From the NCBI GenBank assembly GCA_052426225.1, contig JBNJNM010000008.1, positions 1,860,001-1,924,000 on the forward strand: a DNA stretch of 64,000 nt. The letters run 5' to 3'. Shown in pieces: positions 25,190-40,296 of the stretch. Source of the DNA: Zancudomyces culisetae HAW-14-8 (lineage: Eukaryota > Fungi > Kickxellomycota). The notes below the pieces were generated by a model that was not told the DNA's origin, ran no database searches, and saw nothing but the letters and a program-made list of their open reading frames with translations. The position numbers and the translations under genes are program-made. Each line of letters begins with the position of its first letter. Position 1 is the first letter of the stretch.

Positions 25190-27156
25190 ATGGGTGCAGT
25201 ACTGGGCTGTTTATCGGGTCAAGCACTGACGTGTGTTACAGGCGCGGCATGCACTTGCTGCGGCTCGCTGCTGAACCAAATCAAATTTAAAGGGTCGGTT
25301 TCCACAAGATTTGCGTACGCAGGCATTTTTATGAGCAATTCTCTGGTAAGTTTCTTGTTTATAAAATAAAATTGTAGCTTTATCAAGCATTTGATTTCTA
25401 GTTCATATTGTTACTTTCCCTTCAATCCATTTTTTTCAAATTATGCTCGTATACTCATATTTGTTAAAAATGCATATATCCCGATTTTGTAGCTTGCATG
25501 GATAATGACTACCAATTGGGGGATAGAAAAGATCAAATATATAACTTATGGGTTTGTGAATTTGAAATGCCCAGAGAACGTTTGTTACGGAATCATGGCA
25601 GTAAGTACCCAACTATAAAATGTTTTTATTGTATTTTTCTTTTGCCCAGAAGGCAAGAGAAACCCCAGTAGAACAAGGCTGGCCAATATTATTCAAAAAA
25701 ACATGTAAAAGCACGAGTTTTGCTTATTAAATACTCGAAATATGGAAATAGGTGCATCGCGTGTGCTTTGCACAGGCCTTATGGCACGTAATACTGGGAG
25801 CTTTGGTATACGGAGTAAATTACAGCCAAGAAAGAAGAGCGAAAATACAGAATGGGTGAGTTTTTTTCTTTTCTTTTCACATCTTTGCCTTTTTTTTCAC
25901 TTGCTATTCGAGTGTGAGGTTTAACTCGTAGTAAAATATCAAACAGTTCTAAAAAATAAATCAAATATACATTTTAGATATTGGGGATTCAAATGGTTCG
26001 GGTTGTTGGCACTGATTATCCTATCATTCTTTATTCCAAACGAATTCTATAGGGTGTACGGAACGTATTTGGCACCAATAGGAGCGGCAATTTCGATATT
26101 TATTCAACTGGTTCTTCTTGTGGACTTTGCCCACAATATTGCAGAATACTGCATAGAAAGATACGAAGAAACATACAACGATAATTGGAAATATGTATTG
26201 ATAGGGGGCACATTAACATCATACCTAGTATTCATGGGATTGATGATCACACAATATGTGATGTTTGGCAAATCAGGATGTGGACTTAACCAGCTATTCA
26301 TAACAGCAAATGCTATAATATGTCTGTTGGCGTCATTTGTAGCAATCAATCCAAAGGTACAAGAAGTCAATTTCAAATCGGGGTTGGCACAATCGGCAAT
26401 GGTATCGATATATGCTACGTATTTGGTTACAAGTGCTTTAATAGGTCTGCCAGTTGGAGGGAAAATACCATCTCAATGCAACCCACTGATTGAAAATTCT
26501 GGCACCCGAACCACACTGATAGTGTTTGGTGCTATTTTTACAATGGCAGCCATTTGCTATTCCACTTCTACAGCAGCAACCAACAGTGGGTCACTAATAA
26601 ATCCATCCGAGTATGGACCGATTCGACTGATTGACAATTCGTTGTTGATGGAGGATTCGGGGGTTTCAGAATCAGAACTTCGAAACCGAGCAGTTAATGA
26701 TGCGGTTGCCAGTGGTGCCTTACCCAGCGCAGCTGTTATGGATATGCCCGAGTCACCGAGTGGACTAAATAATGGTGGTAATGGTGATGAGCAGGAATCT
26801 GAAGACGATGAAAAACATGGAGTAATCTACAACTACTCGTTTTTCCATTTTATTTTTTGTGTTGCTGCAATGTATATGGCAATGCTGCTCACTAATTGGA
26901 ACAGTATTGATGCTAATTCTGGTGATTTTATAATCATTGGGCGAAGTATGGCAGCGGTCTGGGTCAAAGTTGTTTCTAGCTGGGCGTGTGTTGCACTGTA
27001 TGTTTGGACGTTGGTGGCCCCTGTAGTTTTATCCGACAGGTAAGATATCCTCCTCCCGTTTCTGTTAAGGATTTTGTAACTGCGTATATACTTATTCATG
27101 AGTAGCAGTTGGGACCAGATTAACTTGAGCTGGCAAATAAAAATAGATATAACTGA
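25190..27156 (+). CDS. TMS1: Serinc/TMS1 family membrane protein (5 exons)
   Basis: MGAVLGC..C..CC N-terminus, STRFAYA, CYGIMAVHRVCF, RAKIQNGYWG, IQLVLLVDFAH, SGLAQS, YNYSFFHFIF, LLTNW, WVKVVSSW, WTLVAP..SDR; tiny last exon at 27147-27156 inferred. Confidence 0.93.
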
Positions 27157-27494
27157 TTATTACCGCGCTTTTATCAGCAGGTTGCCGATTGTTGTTTTAA
27201 TATCTTTTTAGTTTTATTTTATTACGCGTCTATAAGTCAGCTTGTAAGCCGGCTAATGTAACAGATTAGTAAATATACGGCCTGGATTAACAAATTGTTT
27301 TTTTTTTTGATTGTTTTATTTCAAACACATTTGGTGTTGTTTGTAAAAATGCAAATACACAAAAAAAATTACAAGACGCAAGACTACTTAAAAAGCAAAT
27401 CGAAGCCTTTGAATTAGTATAATTTTTGATTCAAAAAAGAGAATAGAAATCCAATACCAATTTATATATATATATATGAAAGGTAGTATACAAA

Positions 27495-28984
27495 ATGTCA
27501 GATATTGAAGACAAAATTATAAAGGAATTTAAGAGGTGCGGCGATTTTGACACATTTCGGAGGGAAATTTACCACGAATTTGAAAAATGGGTAAGTAGCT
27601 ACGTTGGCCTGCATGCGTTTACCTTTTTTCTTTACTTGGCAATTGCAAATTCAGTGAAAAGAAAGTAGTACCGAGTGCATAAAGTAAATGTATGTATAAT
27701 TTGATAATGGGTGCTATCAACATAGGACAAGGACTTGCGATTCAAAGAGCAGGTTATCAAGACGATCGAGGATAGTGTAGCAAACACAAAAACGGGGGTA
27801 AATAACCGGATTGGACTAGAGAACAAAATCGACGAGATATTTGAAAGGTGAGTATGATGGATTATAGGGACTACATAACATCGTGTTGTTTTTCTCTCTC
27901 TCTGTGTGTGTGATACCAAACAAAAAGGAGAAAATACAAGATCTTTATTTGTTGGATAATGGATAATAGACGAGGAACTTGGGATCATTTACAGCGAGAA
28001 ATCAAAATGCGGATTAAAAGCGATAAAGAGATGTTTGAGCGGATAAATGGACGAATACATGAAAATATTCAAAAGACTGGTAAGTTTGTAAAAGTATATT
28101 CACTTGTGGTATCTTTGGTACTTTTTTTTTGTTTATTTTTCTTTTGAGGTTTGAGATATAAACATAGAAATATGCATATAGGAGATAAAGAGGGCGTAGA
28201 ATTTTCAAACAGAATGGATATTAAGTCACTGAAAAGCAATGGAAGGAACAAGAACTCCAAGGATCTGGGAATTTTATTTGAGGGAAATGTAGTTGTTGCA
28301 ATGCTGGAACTGAGCCAGCTAACTGGCGTGCAGCATCCCAAAGTGTACAGCGCTAATGGTTCTGTTTCTGATCAGAATACACGGGCACTGACAACAGTGC
28401 AGATAGTACGTGTGGATTTGGGGGCGAATAGCTGTCTGGTTAGGCGAATAGTAGGTGAAGAGGACCAAGGGAGCGAAGGGTTGTATACAGTTGGATTCAG
28501 AGATTTGATCAAGTTAGGGATGGATTTAGGGAATGGGACCAAGACATCGCCGATTGAAAGGGGAAGTAAGGTGTATTTCTTGAATTATGAATATCAAAAA
28601 ATAGAAAAGGAGCAGAAGCAGGAACAGGAGCCACATGTATCAACATCGATTCGTCAGCAGGATGAGTATATGTATGGAACGGTTGTTGAGGTAGTAAAAG
28701 GAGACATAAATAAGGATGAAGGTGGAAATGGAGATACTAATATTGAAGTTGTAGTTGAGGTAGTAGCAAATACCGGTAGTGGTATGAGTGGAGGTGGGGT
28801 ACAACAGAGAAAGGTATCATTGAATGACATGTTTTCATTTGGGGCGATTTCTGAGCAGGATAGAAGCAAGTTATACTTTGATTTTTTACGGGATAAAGGT
28901 GGGAAAGGAAACCGTGATGAAATGAATGAGAATTTGACTGGTGATGAAATGGAAATGGAAATGGAAATGGACGAGAGTGAATAG
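27495..28984 (+). CDS. Shg1/BOD1 (COMPASS-associated) domain protein with extra C-terminal region; exons 27495-27590, 27726-27847, 27970-28079, 28182-28984
   Basis: N-terminal IIKEFKRCGDFDTFRREI matches the Shg1/BOD1 pattern (FK..G.FD..R); all introns GT-AG and phase-compatible. Confidence 0.65.
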
Positions 28985-29595
28985 TGGTGAATTGAAGGGA
29001 TATTTCCAAAAAAAAAGTGTGAAAGCGGCTTTTTGGATATTTAGGACGAATAAAGTTTAAAAGCTCTTTGATTGCTGTTACTAATACTAATACTAATACT
29101 ATTGTTATTGCTATTGCTATTACTAATTCTTTTAGTCCTATATTTCTATTTTTTTAAAAGTAAAAGGAATGAGGAATAAACAACTATATTAATGTAAAAT
29201 ATGTTTATGTTTTGTTTTATTATATTATTTGAGAATGACTAATAATGATAATGGGGGGGGAAGCTTGTTATGTAAAAATAAAGAAACCGAGATCATGGTA
29301 TAAAAGTAAAATGAAAATACAAAGCAAGGTGGAATATTAAAGAGTAAAGCCAAAATGTTAATGAAATGATATAAAAAGAGGTCAATACAAAAAGAAAGAG
29401 AGGGAATCAAATCATTTTTTTAGGCTTTGACACAAGACAGCATTTGAATATATCTTGTGTATGATTTATAATAATGGGATTACAAGATAATAAAGCTTGA
29501 TCATAAAGGGACTTTTAAAATAAAAAGAAGTTTAAGGAAAGTGATATACAAAAGATACAAAATATACAAAATATAAAAAAAAGGTGATTGTATCA

Positions 29596-29701
29596 GGGGA
29601 GGGGAAGGGAGAGGAAGGGAGAGGAAGGGAGAGGAAGGGAGAGGAAGGGAGAGGAAGGGAGAGGAAGGGAGAGGAAGGGAGAGGAGAGGAGAGGAGAGGA
29701 G
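29596..29701 (+). repeat. Polypurine (GGGAGAGGAA)n decamer tandem repeat
   Basis: about 8 copies followed by GGAGA units; ~105 nt pure purine on + strand. Confidence 0.95.
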
Positions 29702-30308
29702 TTTAAAGATATTAGAAAGAGCACAAAAGGATGATGTATGTCATTCTGCTTTGTTTTAAATTGTTTTAATGTTGGTCTTGTGAATCATTTGTAAAAAAAA
29801 ATAAAAATACTTTAATAGGAGTAAAAGGGTCGGTGGACGGGGGATAGTGGGGATTAGAGTGGAATATTGGAGATCAAACAATTGATATTCCAAGTTTTTC
29901 CGTAAAAAGTAAAATGTAAAATGTAAAAATATACCAAGAATACCAAGAATGTGGTATCTAAGGTTTCCATTTACAAATATATAAATATATAAAAGATAAA
30001 AAAATTGGTTTTTTTACTTTTTATTTTTTCGGGTTTGGATTGTCAAAGGAATTTGAATTAAGATTAGCTGGGAAAACTTTTTAATTTTTATTGTTTTTGT
30101 GGTCTAAAGAAAAGAAACGAAAAAGAAATAATAATAATATAAAATAGGTTCTCATCAAAGCTAAAATAAAAATAAAGGCAAAAGCAAAAGCAAAAGCAAA
30201 AATAATATTAGTAATAGTAATAGTAATAACAATTATCGTGGTAAAAATCATTAAATAAATCTAGCAGTAGAGCAAAAGTAGCGATTAATATAGATATATA
30301 GTTAGAAA

Positions 30309-33415
<3,107 letters not shown>

Positions 33416-33419
<4 letters not shown>

Positions 33420-34894
33420 ATCTCAAGCTCCATAATCTCTTGCTCATACTTACTAACCATTCCAAGCATCTGTTCCCGTTGTCGTCCCACCTCAATCGCA
33501 GCTTTCTCCACCTGCTCCCGCGCCCTCTCCACTTCCCGTCTTTCCCTCTCCAGTTCTCCTCTCTTCTCTCCCTCTCCTCCCCCTGCTCCTTCTTCTTCTT
33601 CTTCTTCCTCCATTCCTTTGTTTTTTAAATCTCCATACCTTTCTTCTTTATGTATATTACCTTCACTTTCTCTTGCATATTCTCTTTTTTTACTATTTAT
33701 AATCTTGGTTAGTGTTACTATTGTCCCCTGTTGTTTCTCTATTTGCTGTAACAGCTCATTAATAACCTGTTGTTGTTCATTATTAACCCGTTGCATTTCC
33801 TCTCTTTCCTTTTCTCTTTCCTTCTCTTTCTTCTTTTCTTTCTCCTTATCTTTAACCTCTCCTCTTACTCCCTCATCTTCTCTTTTCCTCCCAAGTTTAT
33901 TGATCCCCAAAAGTATTGCATCCAAACTAAACATATCTCCCTCCTCTGTTTCCCCATTTACTACTCTAACCTGCTCCCCAACTGCCATTATTGCTCGTTT
34001 CAATCTCTCGTTTTCCCTAATCAGCTCCCTTTCGTTTTCCTCGTAATTTTTCTCCAACTCTCTAATCATTTTTTCAACCCCTTCTCCCTCTTTCCCAATA
34101 GCCCCAACATGATCTCGCACCTCTACTCTTCCATTACTCATAGTACCATTTCCACCTACACTTCCACTTCCACTTCCATTCCCACCAACACTGTATCGTT
34201 CACTCAATAGTTTCTGCATTCGGTCTCTTAGTCGCTGCATTTCCAAATCTCGTTTCTTGACCTGTTGTGCAAACTGTGTCTTGTTAACCTCAAGCCCCGT
34301 CATACAACGCCTGACCTCCCGTTCAAGCCGTGTCTTATCATCCCGCAACCTATCGCTCTCTCGGCGCATTCGCTCCACCTCGTGCGAAAACTTGGCGTTA
34401 CGCCCACATTCCCGCTCATATTGCTCGCGCAACCGGCTAATTTTAGCCATCAAATCCTGCTCATCCAAATCTCGTTGCCGCAGTTTGGCAACCAATGTGC
34501 GTTCAGCAGTACACCGTGCCCGTACCAACCCAAGCAGCCGATCAAGACTCTCGACAATCCGTGTACTGTCCTCAAGTTCTTCCGGAAGCACCGATACTCG
34601 CAGTGGACAGGGCAGGCCGAGACCCAACAGCTCTCGATTGATATGATGTAGCTGTCGTGTCAGTGCTTCACGTTCTACCATACCGCTTTGTATCATTAGC
34701 TGTTGTGTCCGCCCAAGTTCGACATTTCCATCTTGCGCAAGTCCAAATACTTGGTCATCAATCATTTTTTCTCCATACAACCGCCCATCGTAGTTCATTT
34801 CTTCTCCTATATCCGCCACTTCGAACAGATTGTCGTCGCTACCTGGATCGTACTGTGGCATTGCCAAAACCCTGTTACTTTTTTGGCTCCACAT
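33416..34894 (-). CDS. Coiled-coil protein with afadin/alpha-actinin-binding (ADIP/SSX2IP/Msd1-like) domain
   Basis: 492-aa ORF; LHHINRELLGLGLPCPL...RIVESLDRLL followed by long coiled coil with QFAQQVKKRDLEMQRLRDRM. Confidence 0.6.
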
Positions 34895-34944
34895 TTCGTC
34901 TTTTAAATCTTTTTATTTCCTTTTTTATTTCCTTTGGTAACCTC

Positions 34945-35046
34945 CCTTTACCATTACTTTTACCTTTACCTTTTTCTTTACCTTTACCTTTTTCTTTACC
35001 TTTACCTTTACCTTTACCTTTACCTTTACCTTTACCTTTACCTTTG
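34945..35046 (+). repeat. (TTTACC)n hexamer microsatellite just upstream of the ADIP-like gene
   Basis: about 16 imperfect TTTACC/TTTTTC units. Confidence 0.92.
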
Positions 35047-35792
35047 ATGTAGGTACTAAAATATATATTGAATGTGTGCAATAAAAATGAAAAATATTTC
35101 GAAATATTTGCAAATTTAAATGTTTTATCAGTAAATTAATTAATCCCACATGTTTATTTACATTCGCAATTTTTTTTCTAATTATTTTATTTTATTTTAC
35201 AATATTTTGTATACATATTTTTTAATAATTTCGATTTAATAACAATATCATATTATTTTCAACAGTAAAAATTTACGAGAAAATTACCATTAGTATATAA
35301 AAAAAATATCTAGAAATTATTCTAGTAGGTTAAGCTGTAGTTGAAATCTAGGTAGCAATAATGAAAATCAATTATAATCCGATCCTATTTTATTGACGTA
35401 TTTGAATTGAAAAAACTGTCTTGTAAAAAACACTTTTACATTAAATATTCTAACTCTTTTCTGAAGATGGGGAGGGGAATCGTGTTGAACTTTTTGAGGA
35501 GAAAAAAACAACTAAAGTATAGATGTTGTTATATATTCTACAATATATGTGTGTTTGTTGGATTATCCGATTGGGATCATAACTGTTTATTCATCATGAA
35601 TTGAAAAACCAAAAACCAAAAACAGTAATAAATTAAAAAAATAGCGAGATGCCTTATTGTTGTTGCAATCAACATATACACACTCTTTAAAATATAAACA
35701 ATTACTATAAAAAATAAAATATTTTTTCTCTCTTTTTTCTTTTTCCTTTTTAATATTTTTAATATATAAATATATATAAATATATTCCCATT

Positions 35793-37124
35793 CTACCATC
35801 TCAAATATCTTTGAAGCAATTGATGAAAATCAAAATCCAACTCCAAACACATTACAATCTTATTGTAGATTTCTCGCATCCCGATATTACGTTGTGGGAA
35901 ATCCCGTTCAAAGTCCATTTCTAAATCATAAACAGATGTACGCGTTTCCTCAAAAGTATATGCCTCCAGAATGTTTTCAGATGTGTCTCCATGAGCATCT
36001 TCGGTATCAGTAACTGTTGCTATTGATGAAATCGATGCTATGCTGTCTTTACGTTTCAACAGCTGAATGAACGATGCATGGTGTCGCAGTAGTTGGTAGT
36101 TAACTTTGCTTCTGAGTTGTGGGGTGATTGGTCTTTCATAATCACTCTCTTGGTACTCCTCTTCGTGATATCCACTGCCCTGATACTCCTCTTCTTGGTG
36201 CTCCTCACCATTTTCATCATGGTGGTGGTAGCGGTTATAGTAACCATCAAAATCTATAACACCACTTGTACATGGTTCAAATCCCAAACCATTAATCAGC
36301 TCATTCATAAGGTGTTCCACCTCTTCATCTTGTTGAACTTGTGGCTCTTCATAATTACTTTGGTAATCTTGATCATTATTAATAACATTACCATACTCAC
36401 TACCATACTCGCTGTCGTACTCGCTGCCATAATTACCGTAAAAGTTACTGTCGTATTCAGTATCCTCATCACTGTCGTAATTACTGCCACCACCATCACT
36501 ATTGTTACTGTCATCACTGTTGCCTTGGTACCACACATTTTCGACCCTTGCCTGTATAGAGGTATCCACACTAATAAAATTATCCCTAATCACTCGCAAA
36601 TGCACCCTATCTTCTTCAGTAATAGGCCTCGTCATTGCTGCAAGAATCTCTCGCCTATCATAGAGCTCCATTTCTTGGGGTATCTCTCCTTCGTTTCTTA
36701 GATAATACTCTCTGTTGATAAACATATTTATCTCCTTGTTATTTCGTTCCAACAATCTGCAAAGAAATCTAGCCAAGTCTGGAATATAGTTTACAAAATC
36801 CTCAAGTGTAAAGTTGGTACCAAAGTGATGCTCATACGCTTTCCGGAATATACCACATCCATCCTCAAAACCACTGCCTCTTAATCTTGGATCAATTATG
36901 TATCGTCCTCTCTCATTAACCAGATCAAACATAGTATAGACTGCTTCATAGATGATGCCAATGTCGTATCTAATAGGCTCATTTGTATTTCGAGATGTTG
37001 ATGTTGATGTTGATGTTGATGCTGGTGTCGATATGGGTGTTGGTGTCGATGCTGGTGTTGGTGTCAATGTTGACGCACTACTTTCGTCCCTTTTGAGAAA
37101 CCTGATCATGAATTTGTACTTCAT
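35793..37124 (-). CDS. Hypothetical acidic protein, no family recognised
   Basis: 443-aa intronless ORF with globular-looking N- and C-terminal parts and a D/E/Y/S-rich centre. Confidence 0.7.
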   Translation of the reverse strand: MKYKFMIRFLKRDESSASTLTPTPASTPTPISTPASTSTSTSTSRNTNEPIRYDIGIIYEAVYTMFDLVNERGRYIIDPRLRGSGFEDGCGIFRKAYEHHFGTNFTLEDFVNYIPDLARFLCRLLERNNKEINMFINREYYLRNEGEIPQEMELYDRREILAAMTRPITEEDRVHLRVIRDNFISVDTSIQARVENVWYQGNSDDSNNSDGGGSNYDSDEDTEYDSNFYGNYGSEYDSEYGSEYGNVINNDQDYQSNYEEPQVQQDEEVEHLMNELINGLGFEPCTSGVIDFDGYYNRYHHHDENGEEHQEEEYQGSGYHEEEYQESDYERPITPQLRSKVNYQLLRHHASFIQLLKRKDSIASISSIATVTDTEDAHGDTSENILEAYTFEETRTSVYDLEMDFERDFPQRNIGMREIYNKIVMCLELDFDFHQLLQRYLRW

Positions 37125-38350
37125 TTTTTTTTTATGATTACTGTTTTACGTGTTTGGATATTATTATGTTTGTATATACAAGCCTTTGTATATATTTAGT
37201 ATATTCCTGTTTCTCAAAGTAAAGCGAGTAGTTTATTACTTTAATACGGAAGCGAGTTCAAAACAAGATGTTTTGACATTGCGTTGGAGTTTGATATCAC
37301 TTTTATACTTGCTCTCCTTATCCTCTATCTGTCTTTTTGCATCACCATTGCTTTACCTGCACTACCTTTTCCAATTTTATTACTGCTCACATAGCATGGT
37401 AACTGTTCATTTTTGCGTTTAGGTTTGGCTCTGGCTCTGGCTCTGGCTGCTATTCATTTTTCGTTTTTATGAAATATAGCCATTTCACTAACATTGGTAC
37501 TCTACCACTTTACTTGTTACCCATGTCCCTGGGCATATAATATTTGTTTATTTGTTAACCCAGTTCAGGTCATAAAGTTAAAACCACACCCAATACCGTA
37601 TATCCGAATAACTGTTGAATCTATACCTTTAGTTAATTACTTAGTCACTTTACTTGGTTTTTACAGCTTTACTTCGCACATCCAATATTTAACAGAGTAC
37701 CAAAGTATACTGTATTTTGTACCAGGAAACTGTGATTAGTTACATACTTTTTTTTTTGATGTGGAGATACAGCAGTAATCAAATGCAAATTACTAATTCT
37801 GTTGCTATACTCATAATTCTCCTCATTTTTGCAACACTAATTGCGACCGCATCTTTAAATGCACACTTAATAACAACTCATTGTATAACATGTCAGTACC
37901 ACTCGACCTGCATTTTTTTTGACTTAAAGGGTAAAGAACCAACCAGTAAACAAAAACCCATCGGCAAAAGCGACGTGTAGTTGTACTCATATTCATATTT
38001 GAAAGTCAAGTTATTTCAATGAAATAGTATGTACACTAATTTGTTATGAGAGAATAGATTATTAGAGTAACTACTTTGTATTCTCCACTATTTTTATATC
38101 TTCTTTTCTCACACACTCTCCTCTTTTTAAAAAATAATCAAACTTAAAATCTCTTTATTCGGTGAGGGAGGGAGGGGGGGAGGATTGGGTATCTTTATTT
38201 TGTTTTTAAAAAAGCTGAACATAAACACAAGGAAAAACAGTATATAGAGCAATCAAAATTTGAAATATACTACCTCCACAATAGATTGTTGAAAAAAAAA
38301 CAGAAAAGTATCTGGAAAAATATTCACACGCAGTAAAAACGAAACCAAAG

Positions 38351-38572
38351 CTACCAACGAACTGATCGAATCAATCTCCTACAGAACGCTTCGTTTGGAG
38401 TACTGGTAGTCATACAAAGACGTTTTGGAGGACATGGTTTTGAAATCCAGTTTCCAGCAACACAACTCTTAATAGTGTTGAATTTTCCACATCTACTGTG
38501 GCCTTCTTCACAGCCTTGTGCTGAGGTTAAAAAAAACGCACATATTACTAGAATAATCATTCGTATTTTCAT
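38351..38572 (-). CDS. Small secreted cysteine-rich peptide, CBM19 (chitin-binding)-like
   Basis: ATG 38572; signal peptide MKIRMIILVICAFFLTSAQG; mature C-x3-HSRC-x8-C-x-AGNW-x4-C-x5-C-x10-C. Confidence 0.65.
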   Translation of the reverse strand: MKIRMIILVICAFFLTSAQGCEEGHSRCGKFNTIKSCVAGNWISKPCPPKRLCMTTSTPNEAFCRRLIRSVRW

Positions 38573-40296
38573 GTCTCCAATTGTGTAAATGATAGTTTTA
38601 ACCTGTCTGTAATACCAATGGGCTGTAATTTTGTGGCAGAAAATCTTGAGCAATAAGTTACCTTTATAACTTTATCGGTGATTGTGAATCAATCGGTGGG
38701 TAATAGGAAACCAAAGACTACCTTTTTTTTACCACTGTGAAAGCAAAAATATGAGAAAAAGTTCAAAAAAATTAGCGAAACAGCTTCGGGTTGTGATCTG
38801 AGTCGATCTTTTGCAGTTTATTGGTATGAGAGTTGTCTGTTGTTATTGCAAAGCTTTTCGGGTGAGAAAAACCTTAGTATATACCCTCTTTTGATGCTGG
38901 ATACTCGTTTCTCTTATACTCCTGGTGTTGTCTTTTAAGGGAAATGGAGTGTGTCTAAATATATTTATATACATTTTTCACTTTTCACTTTTCATTTCCC
39001 AATACAAAGTGCGAAAAAACGAATGTACGGACGCATTAATGAGGTTATTCAGTAACAACAACCCAAATATCCTGTCTTTAATATGTGCCTATCTTATGAG
39101 CTTTGTGCTTATTCCTGTATCTAGTTACACAATCAAATTATTAAAAATATGTAATTTCTTGTCAATCCAATTTGTATTCTAACCACTTTCATACCGCACG
39201 CACTATCAAAGCAAGTCTTGCTGAATCACAGAAACAGGTAATGGTGGTTGTGTATGAGGAATTTGTGGTTAGCTAAAAAATGTAACGGAACCACCGACAT
39301 ACAACGCGGTTTTTATGTGGGAAACACTTTTTTGGGTATAACCACTCGTATTTACATCTGTCTACTAATTGGGTGGAGCACTATTCAATATATCAAGATC
39401 AATAAACAACATAAAATGTAAAGCAAAAGTAAAAAAAAGAGGAGATTATTATCTGGTTCACACTAGAATTCAAAAGTAGTGATGTGTTAATCAGCATTCT
39501 ATTACTTAAATAGGACCCAATGTCTTTTTATCTGGCTAATTGATGTTTTCACCCGAAAAAAATATTACATGTCATCTAACTCGAGTATTTATCTGAAACA
39601 GTTACGGTTATGCTTCGAACCAATTACACAAATTAAGAATAGTTAGAAAAAACAAGTTGATACAATATATAAGCCTGATAAAATATTTCTGATCCCTACT
39701 ATAGCGTTTATCAACCGAGGTGAAAGACAGTACCCAAATTAAACTGTGATGTGTTGCAAAAACAAATGGTATAGCCAAATTTTATATCCGATACCCTGTG
39801 TTTTCCTTCTGTTATTGTCTAACTCATGTATTACATGTTGTTATTACCATAGCAAAAATAGTTTGTTGCCTCCTCCCTCGATTCACACCTATCGTTGCAA
39901 GCACAATAGCAGTACAGTAATGTCTTGTCTTGCTTATTCTTTTTGTAACGCTTTTTAGTATATTTTAACTTTCCATAAATAGACTAACATGTATACCCAT
40001 CCCACATCGCCCAAAATAAGCGAGACTAATTCTGATTAATTTCGGAATCCAAGCTGTGTTTTCCACGTGAATCTAAAATGGATTCACAAAAATAAATGAT
40101 GAAACAAAACGTTCTGTTGATCAGGAGATAATTGAACAAACCCAATTCGTTCGCTTAGAAACAAACTAGAACGTAAGATTGTATTAGAAATCGCGAACCA
40201 AGGCAGCATAAACTCCACTTTCCTTAACCATTTTTTCACAATTAGAAACCCCGAAATACAGGTTTTACACATATACTCATAGTACTCTAATTGAAA

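Noticed and set aside
34875-35149. KGKG/VKVK/LPLP repeat ORFs
   Set aside because: Translations of the TTTACC microsatellite
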